Below are positions 26,001-37,131 of a DNA stretch of 64,000 nt, one piece after another. Every line of letters starts with the position of its first letter. The first letter of the stretch is position 1. Below the pieces are notes generated by a model. It was given only the letters and a program-made list of their open reading frames with translations, had not been told where the DNA came from and searched no databases. The position numbers were made by a program, and so were the translations under genes. The DNA comes from Owenia fusiformis (taxonomy: Eukaryota), in contig CAIIXF020000001.1 of assembly GCA_903813345.2 (NCBI GenBank), forward strand, positions 30,690,001 to 30,754,000, given 5' to 3'.

Positions 26001-29000
26001 GCATACCTTATTCCATTCCAAATGTCTAAACTGAATCATTCTGATTTTTTTCTCCATGATACCTCTAATTTTTGTACATGTGGTGGTTCAAGTAGAATAT
26101 GTGCACATAATTCAAAATTGAAATATATTCCAAAATAATTTCATTTGTGAAAATATAGAACTACTAATTGTTATATTAATTTTGAAAATAAAAAATTAGT
26201 ATAAAAATAAGTTGACAGCTCTCAGATTCTGATATGATGTTTTAAAAGTAAAATACAAAAATGATAACCTTGTTTGCCTGCTATAAAAGTCAAGGCATTT
26301 AAATAAGTTAATCAAGTTTACATTGGGACATAGTATAACATTTAAGGTAAATGGTACACCATGCAGTAGATGCATTTATATGTATTCGTTGAGAGGCATG
26401 AACTATATTTCATTAACATATCAAGCTACTCTATTTTTGTGAATTGGTATGTGAATTAGAAGTGCTCTGATATAGGATATAAATATGATGATAAACTTAT
26501 TTGAACTTCATTGATATATTTTTAAATTCTGTGAACAACTTCTACATGAACCCCATAAAAACCGCTGAGTTATTCGACACACATCTCTGTAGACACAATT
26601 CTTAATGCTATCAGTAGCGTTCAATATCCGAAATCCAATTTTCAAATCTCTTTAATAACATTAGGCTGGTATAAGTATACTTAATGAATGTGTCTTACAT
26701 CATAGTTAGTAACATCATGCCACTGACAATCAAATTAGATATTGCACTTTTAGATATATCCAAATTTAATAGGGTACATTACTTACCATGTCTTAGCTGG
26801 CCTACTGTTGGTGCTATGGTTTCAACTTTTGATTCTGGAAAAACAAAATCAAAAAATGTTAACATCCAGTTCATATTTTTTCATGTTTTACTCAAATCGA
26901 ACATGAAACAATTTTTAATAACCAATTTAAAATCACTACATACAAAACTCAGCAAACATAATGAAGTAGGGTGAAGGGCTGGACGTGTTTTATCTTATCA
27001 ATGTGAAATAGATTAGTAAAGTATCTATCATATAAGGATTTAGAATAAAAGTGTGAAATGTGTCTCAACTGAATGCCACTGGGACTAACAAAAAGAATTT
27101 GGATTGGGAATTACTGTATTTATATACAATTATATCTTCAATGTATGTATGTATATGCAACAAAATCAAACAGTAAGCATTAAAGCATCAAGGCAATCAA
27201 TCACAAAAGCAAAATATATATACATGCTCTGCACACCTTGCACGTTGCAACAGAATTTGAAAGTTCAGTATCAGACACTTTGTTGTCAAAAACTTCCACT
27301 ATTGGGAGATGTAAACTAGAAAGATGTTCATAAATACAGGTTTTATTGAATCATTAGTTGAAAGCTTGGCCCACATTGATTTGAAGTATCTGAAAGGGTT
27401 AATCTGCCAAAATACCTACTTTTCTAAATGTAAAGATCAAATTGGCCAAATGTGAAACCCAAGAGATTGACTTATTTTTGTTAATTAACTGTGTAGCCTT
27501 AATAAATACTCTTCATGAAGTTTTCTTGTATGAGGGATAAAAACGGAAATTGCAGATCGTGTTGCAATAGCCTGAAAGAAATATGGTTGGAAACTATTTC
27601 CAATGTTGATAGATGCAACTGATCATCTCTATTCAATAGACACACTATCAGAAAGATATAGGCTGCATTAACTGATATAATCTGATAGTACATTGAAAAT
27701 TATTTTTTGTTACAGTGACGAAATGAACAAAACAGAGTTTGTCTTTTTCTTTAACCTAATATTACTGTTCAATAATTATATTCATAAGCACAGCTGTTTG
27801 TCTTTCCCCACCCACATCAAGTAGTTCATGTCACTAATCATATAATTCAAGGCTATCAGGTTTCTAATATCAATGATTAGAAGCTGTGTCTTCATTGTCA
27901 TATAATTACCTTCAGTAAATGAGCTCTATTGTTTCAATTTATCACTGTTGAAGCAACGAACTAAGGTAGTCATTACAAGTTATTTCGCATCATGAGCTAT
28001 TTGCTTGATACTATATTACGAGGCAAAAACAATTTACGAAACTACAGAAGCAAGAATGTATTATGTGAGTTTTTATTCACGCCGATTAGAACACAGTTTA
28101 TAAAATAATGCAATCTCAAATCAATTTTTAAGATAAATGGTAATATTAGAAACAGTGCAATCATGAACTTCGTCAATTTCATGATTTTGAGTTTTCAGTT
28201 GACACCATTACAACACTACAACAACATTATAGCACTTCTTTAAAGTATGATAAAAAGGTAGTAAGCATCATAGGAATCAAGAGAGAGTCCTTCATTGCAT
28301 ATCAGATTTTGCTCCTAATCTGTATGCTTTAAATAAGTAAGGAAGTGATGCCTGAAACTGAACAATCAGTCGTTGAAGGACATCCCTTGTCTTTCATCTT
28401 AGGCCAAAGCCACAGTGAGCCCAATTCTGCCACAGCAGCAACTGATTCAACTACTGACTTCATTATTAAAATTAAGCAGTGGGAATGGTTTCTCAGTCTC
28501 ACAAACAAAGCATAAGCAGTGCAAGTATTGTAGTCTTAATTGTTAGATTTCTCAAGACATTAAACATACTATGCAGTTATCTCCCCAGCATTTAAGCAAG
28601 TGGGTGCAGCACCTACCTGAGATTTTAAAAAATGGCTTCCACCCATCTGAGAATTCATTTGCACACACTTGAAAAAAATGAAAAATCATGACAAATTGGG
28701 ATATTTCTACCAATTTCTATCTGAATGAGAATTTTGCACCCATTTGCAAATGTATCCTGTGGAGAACACTGCTATATGTCCTGATACCCATGATTGATAT
28801 TGGCAATCATAGGCGTAGCGCCCGGTACGCTGGGTACGCACAGGCGTACCAGATGATTGCAAATTCGCTCTAAATACAACCAAATTTCAAAATTTTCCTG
28901 GGAGAGAACCCCCAGACCCCCTAAACGCTCGTTTTTGCTTCGCTCAACTATTGTTCCCGCGGTGGCGTACTATTTAGAAGTATAGCACTACGCCCATGGC

Positions 29001-32000
29001 AATAGATAATTAAACACTTGTCACTACGACACCAATGAAGGCAGAAAGTACAGTAATTGCAAAAGATGTAGATGAAAGTGTCAAAATGAATCTTAACTAC
29101 TGGTAATTAAATTAGCCAACCAGACAAAAAGCAAGTATACTAATCATGGTCCATTGTATATTGGTGATAAAAAAGTTAATTAAGCCCTGAAGAATATGTC
29201 AACCAATATTTGAGTTATCGCCCAGACAGAGACTCAGTATTGTTCGATGAAAGAGAAAATGGTTTCATGATCTGATTGATCCATGAAAATCAAGTATATC
29301 CTATATCTTCATATTGAGTAATCCAGAATCCATATGTCCTACTAGAGTATATTATACTCCAACCAGACTCCAACATTTAAAAAAAAATTCCATACACCCA
29401 ATGTCATTATCATTATGTCATTAGTCAAGAAATCCTCATAAAATACAGAAAATATTCTACCCTCGAAAGACTTGTATGTATTTCAATTTACTTGTCTGGC
29501 ACCTTGTGAAATATGCTTTTTAGCATAGTATTTTCTTTATCAGCTTGAATACTACAATTTCAAGGTAAGATATAAAACTTAAACAGAAAGTAGAAGTTTG
29601 GATATAAAAAACACAGTACTTTGATAAATCAGATGCAGAAAAGACGAAAGAGCTTTTGTGACCCTAGACACGTAAACAGATGTAAACCTACAAATTATGG
29701 CATTGATAAGACAGCTATTCCTTTTTCTAAATGCCAATATGCAAATCTCTCAAATATGCATTGCCAATAACACTTCCTAGGAATATTGGATGGTCCTGAG
29801 ACATACAGATACATATGTATAAAATATTATACATGTATATAGGGACTTAGCAATATATATTCCATAACCAATGATAGCCATGCATTAAACTACATATGGG
29901 GTGTGACTAGTGCAAGCCCGTAGCCAGATTTCACTGGTATATACCCTAATATGGATCATTACCAAGGTTTTTTGATTATTTTAGTAAATTCTGAAAGAAA
30001 GTGTGATTGATTAATCTCAACCTTACTATCACCTGGCTACGGGCCCAGTTGCATATATAAAAACAAAGTCCTGCTTATCACTTTGACATGGATGCTGAAG
30101 ATCATATGTTGCTATACCTGCTGGTTCAATATGTTCAATGGGGTGAATTGCTGGGTGAACCATTGGATGGTGACGGTAATCTATAGAAACAAATATGTGT
30201 TAGTAAGCTTAAATAAAAATCAACAGTTCAATTTATGATTAATAACTACAGTATACTAGCAGTCAAACCACACAGACAAAGGGAACTTGCATATTAGCAT
30301 TTAGCATCGCATACTTTATTTCAGAATCATACGAGCGTATTCACCAAGTGTAATAAGACAATTTCAGATGAGTACACTGGACTACATTTTAAGTTTTTTA
30401 AGATTCAGGGTTCTCACTAGGCTCCAGAGATTCTTCGGAGTCTAATGTCTTTAGACCTTCTTGCTCCAGATATAAGAGTCTAATCGTTTCTCCAGAGTCT
30501 AAACTTTTTCCTTGAGTCTAATTTACATTTTTGTCACATTATTTGTGGTAAAACTCTTGGGAAAATACATAAAACTGGATACAAAAAAGGAATAGGAAGT
30601 CAGAAACCTTTTAGAAATGTATATTGTGATTAAAATAGGAATATAATTATTAATATTATTAAGTAGAATTTGGAAAAATATACTAATATGATATTTCTGA
30701 TCTCATATGAGGGAGGAGTAGTGGCGATACCGCGAAAAATCAAGGGTCTAAAAATTTCCAGGTAAGAACCCTGAACTTGTTGCTAAATTGCTCCTCTTTG
30801 ATTGGGGTATCACATGAATTTGAAGGCACCCTCCTAAAAATAAGAAAGGTTCAGAACAATAAAGTAAATTACCACTTATGTTGCAAGCCTTGGCAATTAA
30901 ACTGTATTGTAAATGTCTGAGCGGAATAAACAGAAATAAAAAAAAACTAAAAAACAGTCAAGTGCTACATGTATGCTGATGGGTAAAGCATGGCTTATAC
31001 CAAATGGTATTTTCTGATCCTTTACTATGTATATGTATTTCTAAAGGAAATCTTTTTTGGGTGGGGGGGGCAGTGACAATTAGAGGTGTCACGGATACCC
31101 GATTTTGTTCCGATCCGCGAAATTATGCCCTCGGAACGGAACAAAAATTAAGAATTTCGGTTCGGTTCCGGAACAAGAACATTTTTCTTTCAATATTTTG
31201 TATCAAAAGAGGTTCATTCTTTTTACTCCTTCTCTTTGAAGAGTTTTGAAGAGCTTTTCGCTACCAAATAGACCTAGATGATCAGATTATTTTAATCTAA
31301 TACACGCAGTCACTCTGTTCCGAACCATACCGAAATTGTTCCGTTCAGAAGCAAAATGTTCCGAACCGTTCCAATTTTTTTGTTCCGTGACATCCGTGAC
31401 AATGCAAGGTATGTTTCAATTTAGTCTGGGAAATAACATCAGCATAAGCAATCTTCTGACAATCCTTATTATTCATTTTATCTGTGATTCCCTGTAACCT
31501 AAAATATGTGTACAGCATATTCAATTAGAAAATATACAGCAGAAGTTTACTGTAGAAAAAGTAGGAACTCCCAGGAGTAGCAAATCCAAGAAGCTAGGAT
31601 GTTGGATGAATTGATGATGTCATGAGTTAAAGGTAAGTAAAGGAGCTCGTCTATATCTATACTAGAACTCAGTTCATTGGGATGATGATGCATGAAACTA
31701 ACTCCTCATATAGAAAAACATAACAGTAAAAAATCGATTGGACAATTCTTCTTGTAGGAAACTTTGCACATAACCTTTCTCTTGCAAACAAAAAGCAATT
31801 AATAAAACAAATGAGCATTAAATTAGTTAATAACTTCAGATGTTTTAATGATCTAAACAGAACAATCTAATCAAGAAGTCAACTCCACTCAATCTAGATA
31901 CCCAAACCTGATAAAACCAAATAGATCTAATCTCAGGCAATCACTAAACAATCAATGTACTTACTTCTTTAAGAAAACTGGTATAAGCTGTGAAAATATT

Positions 32001-35000
32001 AGAGGAATATTTCTGCAAGGTCAACATTATGAATATGGTAAAGGGTTTTATTCATGGAATCACTAACTGCAATCAAATGTTGTTCTATGCTACCCATCCA
32101 ATGGCCGCAGATTCATTAAATTTTAGTCAGCCTTTCTATTAAGGAGCAAATCCCACAAAGCAATGCAAACTAGGAGCATATTATTATGCCTTTAACAGTT
32201 ATGAGGTTTGTAAGTGGGGTAAAAAGCAGAGAACTTAAGCTGGTGGCCTAACATAAAACATACCCCCTTTCTTCAGCATGCTGTCTATACTTTGTGACCA
32301 AGTTTCTAAATGAAAGTAAAATCATTTATAAGCAAGCATTTGTGATAATAACTGCTGGGGTGTCATTATGATTCAAGCGTGTACACTGATGAAATAAAAT
32401 AAGAGGATGTATGCATTGAAGAAAGAGATAGACTGGTCATGGCAAGTTATGAATTCTCATAGATACATAAGGCAGAGGGAAAGAGCGATGGGGTTTGAAG
32501 CTTCTAAAGGCTCAGATCAAGCAATAGTTCTACTCCCTTGGGATTCACTTGAGGATATCAACTGAAGATATACACATGCACAGTTGATGGCTCCAATTTT
32601 TATGCCCTTGGAAGAACAAAATGACTAAAGGTTAAAATCTGTTGCTGTAAAAAATATTTGTTTTGAAAAATAAAGTAGAGATCATTTGATACTCTTCACA
32701 ACCACATAAAAGAGCATGGGTATAATACATGGCATGTGACAAGTACCCAGTATGTTTATTATACACATTCAAAGGTTTGTGTGAGATCCCCATGTGAAAA
32801 GGGGTGGTGGGAATTCACTTGAGGATATCAACTGAGGATATATAAGGGTTATGTACTGGGAGGTTTTGGATAGAGGGTTTATCCCAAGGGAAATATGTGT
32901 ATCTCACGAGGGACCGCACTGTATCCAAAACGACCGTACATAACTGGTGTATCTCATACTTGAGTGGGTTTGGGGTAGATATAACCTTTACCACCTTTTT
33001 CAAATGACAAGATAGGTCTATACTAAGCACAATTTATATTTAACATTTTCATAATATTCCTTCAGTTCAATACAATAGAATAGAATTTAAACTTCTGAAA
33101 TTTAAATTTTTAAAATTTTTAAACTTTTTTAAACTTTTGAAAAAATTCCCGGGAGCAGGATGGATATATTATTTCTGCCCGCATTTGGCCTAGAGCGGGA
33201 CATGTACAATATATCCTGCCCGCTCCTCAGATATGATATATATTCCCGGGTGATATCTACCCCAAACCCACTCAAGTATGAAATACACCTGCATAGTTGA
33301 TGGCTCTAGTTTTTGTGCCCTTGAATGAACAAAGTTAAAATCTATTGCTGTAAAAGAATATTCCTATTACATAAAAACATGTAGTTGGAATTCTGATAAT
33401 GGCATTTCAAGAGTCCCTACTCATATTACGATATACTAGGTCAAAATGCCACTAACTGGGACAAAATATGTCAAAGTCCCCGCATGGGAGTCACAAGCAA
33501 ATCATTGAATGGAGCATTTACATATCTGCAAAAGGCTAATAAGCCCATTAAAAGCAGATATATAATTTAGACCAAATAAAACTACAACTGACTGTCACCT
33601 CCATGGTTTACTCTATAAACCATCAATTTACACAACAAGTACTCCTTGTTAAGCATTAAAAAAGGCAAGTAGTTGACTTCGAAATATAAGAGTTACCTGA
33701 TGAGTCACGTGGCTTCCAAATGTTATTAAACACCATCCAATGTAACTACATCAGCTTATTTTTGTCTACATAAGAAGATGAGTAGAGTAAATCCATAGAA
33801 ATGACCATGACATAAGTTTTAGTAATTTTTCAATGTTTCCATTTTACATATCTCTGCACACATGGGGACATTAGCCCTATCACAAAATTCATCTGATATC
33901 GTTTGAGTCACAAAATCTATTTTGTTGACATATCACTATAGCAGCATCACGTAAGGGAAGAGACAATGCCCAGATATTCGCTTTTCTTTAGCTAGCGTAA
34001 AATGAACGAACAAACATTCCAGTTTCACATATGTTTGGTACTACAACGTATCAGAACTAACAAGGCAGTACATGCACCCTGGAATAGCCTGACAGCGGTA
34101 AAGTCAGATACAGTTGTCACAAATGGTGGACATAACCGTTGCTTCAATTCTTCAATCACTTGGTCCTCGTTTCACGGGACTTTATCGTCGCTAATTATGT
34201 GCATGTATTAAGTTCTTGTGATAATATATCATATGAAATCCCAATTTCGATCAAATTGGGTCGTGAATCGCCACAATATAACTTCTTTGATATCGTCAAT
34301 GACAACGGAATCTGAATTTGGAATAATTTACAAAAACAATGGCAAGTTATGTTCGCCATTTGTGGAAACGGTATCTAACTTTACCGTTGTCAGGCTATTC
34401 CGGTGTGACATGTAAGTACATTTTGGGAATTTTTACAGTTCGTTTACATATCTTGTAGTTACATTGGACTGTGTTAACTACGTACTTGCCTTGCCTAGTC
34501 AACTGCTTGCCTTGTTAAGATTTAACAAGGAGTAGGACTTATACGCGCCATGAAAATCGCAAGTTATATTCAACTATCATAGTTCCAAAAGGAACTTTGT
34601 GTATGATTCTGGACTCCTGCGTTCGGATGATGGCTTTAGACGGGTGTGATCAATAATCCATGGTTTATCCCGTTCCCGGACTATGGTCCTGTGAACATCT
34701 CAATCTTTTGCCTGTGCGATTACAACATGGGAGAATTTTTTACTGATCTTACACTTCAGATACCTACTTCAATAGATTCCTTGGTAATTTAGCATTCTTT
34801 TCGTGTAGTTGAATCCACAATTGTCTGGGTTTATCGGCAGAACGAAGACATTTTCGTTTTTGATTGCAATATTTGCGTGTAACATTTAACTTTTTTCAAC
34901 CGTCAAATTCCTCCATATTGGTACTTCCGGGCTACATCCGGGACAGCCAAACGGGGGATTCCCCGTTAAAATCCAACCGCCATTTTGAAAAGTGATGGAA

Positions 35001-35613
35001 TCTCTCTCGATGAAAAAGACAAAATGTTCTCGTTCTGCCGATATACCCAGACAATCGGCGGTTCCAATATATTAGAAGTTACATCTTGAGTTCTATAATG
35101 CATTGAGGTAGGTATCTTAAGTGTAAGGGGCGTAGATAATTCTCTCAAGTTGTAATCGTACAGGCAAATGAATGCGATCAGTGCAGGACTATAGTCCGGG
35201 AACGGGATAATCCATGGTAAAATGACATATCTGAAAAGTTTCAAACTTTTCAGAAGTTGTGAATATTTTCAAAGAAAAATAGAGACGTCTGGATGAAATT
35301 TGTATTACATTATAGTGGCATAAATTAATGTGTAAAATATCATACCATTTATTTTTGACCGTTCCATCTCCAATTTATGCAATTCGTTGTACAGAAGTGA
35401 TCGTTGATTTGGATCCAAAGCATAAACGAAACTTTTTACTCCTTTTTCAGTGTTCGGACTCTCAAGTCCATGGAACAACATTCTAGTTTGCACCTGTACA
35501 CATGAAATATTTGGCAACATTCTGTTACAGTTTTGTAGTGTCATTGATTTCATAGTGTGCACTAAATTAGGTACAATTCGAGGAGCAAATAATCGAGGCA
35601 TTTTCAGTGCCAT
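23069..35613 (-). CDS. TMEM65: Transmembrane protein 65 (mitochondrial inner membrane), about 243 aa; core exons 35613-35346, 26834-26787, 25185-25118, 24645-24591, 24067-24025, 23710-23605, 23212-23069
   Basis: The spliced product has a basic presequence-like N-terminus, then KSFVYALDPNQRSLLYNELHKLE, PTVGQLRHVFIFSGVPFIGFGLLDNIIMILAGEYID, GISTMAAAALGNLVSDVFGVGLAGWVE, PDLTPQQLD and GRSVGITIGCILGMFPL. These are TMEM65 family signatures. All introns are GT-AG and in phase. Confidence 0.95.
25487..25979. mobile_element. Foldback MITE with CACT...AGTG termini and 5-bp TSD
   Basis: Almost entirely palindromic (arms about 240 bp, short loop near 25735-25755). ACAAT is duplicated at 25482-25486 and 25980-25984. 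Confidence 0.88.
28808..28998. mobile_element. MITE with 5-bp TSD (hAT5-like)
   Basis: CATAGGCGTAGCGC...GCACTACGCCCATG, with GCAAT on both sides. Confidence 0.78.
30118..30180 (-). CDS. Candidate additional/cassette exon of TMEM65 (63 nt, DYRHHPMVHPAIHPIEHIEPA)
   Basis: TTTCTATAG acceptor and CAG|GTATAG donor. Symmetric phase 1-1, matching TMEM65 intron 1, and stop-free. Confidence 0.55.
31081..31395 (+). mobile_element. hAT MITE (TAGAGGTGTCACGGA TIR), copy 1
   Basis: 8-bp TSD GTGACAAT at 31073-31080 and 31396-31403. Near-identical to 44932-45302. Confidence 0.9.
32264..32305 (-). CDS. Candidate additional/cassette exon of TMEM65 (42 nt, ETWSQSIDSMLKKG)
   Basis: TTTCATTTAG acceptor and GTATGT donor. 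Symmetric phase 1-1 and stop-free. Confidence 0.45.
32839..33287 (+). mobile_element. TIR-less interspersed element (TATATAAGGG...AGTATGAGATACA family), copy A; other copies at 44813-45633 and 63316-63799
   Basis: All three copies share both ends and the internal block GGATATATTAT.TCTGCCCGCATTTGGCC. Copy A has an internal inverted copy of its 3' end (32948-32982 vs 33253-33287). Confidence 0.85.
34658..35217. mobile_element. Diverged foldback element (about 200-bp inverted arms) at the start of TMEM65 intron 1
   Basis: CCATGGTTTATCCCGTTCCCGGACTAT...TTGTCTGGGTTTATCGGCAGAACGA (34658-34850) mirrors TCGTTCTGCCGATATACCCAGACAA...ATAGTCCGGGAACGGGATAATCCATGG (35020-35217). Confidence 0.75.
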
Positions 35614-35632
35614 CTTCGAAACGGAAGTTACC
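35608..35632 (-). promoter_or_regulatory. TMEM65 start region with Ets and YY1-like motifs
   Basis: The minus strand reads ACTTCCGTTTCGAAGATGGC: an Ets-like ACTTCCG, then a YY1-like AAGATGGC overlapping the ATG. Confidence 0.5.
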
Positions 35633-37131
35633 GACTGTGACTCAAAAGTAAATCAATCGACTGTTTACTACCAAATCAAACAATGTTTCTAAAAGGTATA
35701 AATCTACTATTTCGCTAAGCGTTTCTAAAATACATTGAGCAATTAGTTATTAATCGATTTTGAAACAAATATTTAATATTATTTGATGTGGTAACTGAGA
35801 AAATAAATCGCTTTACGCCACATCTCAAAATAATTTTTCTTTAGCCACGACATCTATTTTATGAAAGAATCGTCATTTCACTTTAACATGAGACTAACAG
35901 ATTTTTTATGATGGTATCAACTGGAACTCATTGAATGTGGTTCATCATCTTAGATCAAGATTCACAATGTTTCATTGCTCCAACTCCAGCTTTCATTGAT
36001 AACCATCTTGGAGGTCGGAGATGGTGGTTTATCAGTTACCACATTAAGGGATCCACATAATAACAACTGTCACTCGGATTTAGGCAAAGCTCAGATGCAC
36101 AGGAACAGGAAGCACAGTGAGCATGGGTCAGGGTCAGATGTAGCATCATTTATTAGTACTGTTCTGACTTAGACGCTGTAGATATGTAGAATGAGTACAA
36201 TACTAAATGTCACTATGTGTTCCTGTGCTCAGAAGGAAAGTATTGAAATGCCCTCAAGCCCCCTTGGACAACGTACCAGCAGGTAGAAGTAGACTAAGCC
36301 CAAATGAGGGTATCTGCCTTATCTGGTCAACCCTAGTTACTCTGACCCTGGTCAACTTGGACTCATTTATATTCAATATAGATCAGAGGCATTTTGCTAT
36401 ATAAATGGTTAATTGCTAAATATTAAAAATTATGAATGGCTCCATGCTATAGCATAAGAGCAATGATTTGACGAGTATTCAGCTTTTGGTCAAATTTTTG
36501 CGAGGGAATTATTTTTTGTAACTCTCCTATAGTCAAACACCAGTCTCAACAAACAAGTAGTCTTAACACAAAAAATGATAAAAGATGCCAGGTTAACAAA
36601 CAAACACAATGACATAATGTTCATCAGTTTAAATACATTTTATTCAGATTCAAAATATTTCCATATACTATTATTAGTTTTTTTTATAGTACCCATAATG
36701 TGGAACACAGGCTCTTATTTTAATTGAAATTAATTAGGTAAGTATAATTTTATGTTATGACAATGAAAAAAGTCTCACATATACCACGTGGTCACTGGTT
36801 GAAGCACTGAGACCCAAAATCATCCACTAAAATGCTCAAATCATGGCTTAGAAGTCATTTACAATGCACAATTATCAAATAATAATCTAAAGTTCAACCC
36901 CCAGGTAACTGGTACACTGAACAATAGAATCCTTTTAAAATCTATGGTACCATAAATAAAGGAGAGGTAATTCAAATAACTGTATGTAGAACATATCAGT
37001 GTCTTCCATCAATTGTCAATTCAACCTCACTATCTCCATTTTCACCCATAAGATCATGATCTATATGACAGATCTATATAACCAAGTTGGGGATTACACA
37101 AGGAGAAACCTGAAAGTCTTGTCATTTTCAA

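Noticed and set aside
36326..36337. AACCCTA as a possible telomerase RNA template
   Set aside because: Only 7 nt match the TTAGGG complement, it lies at the 3' side of the structured region, and no H/ACA domain is recognisable.
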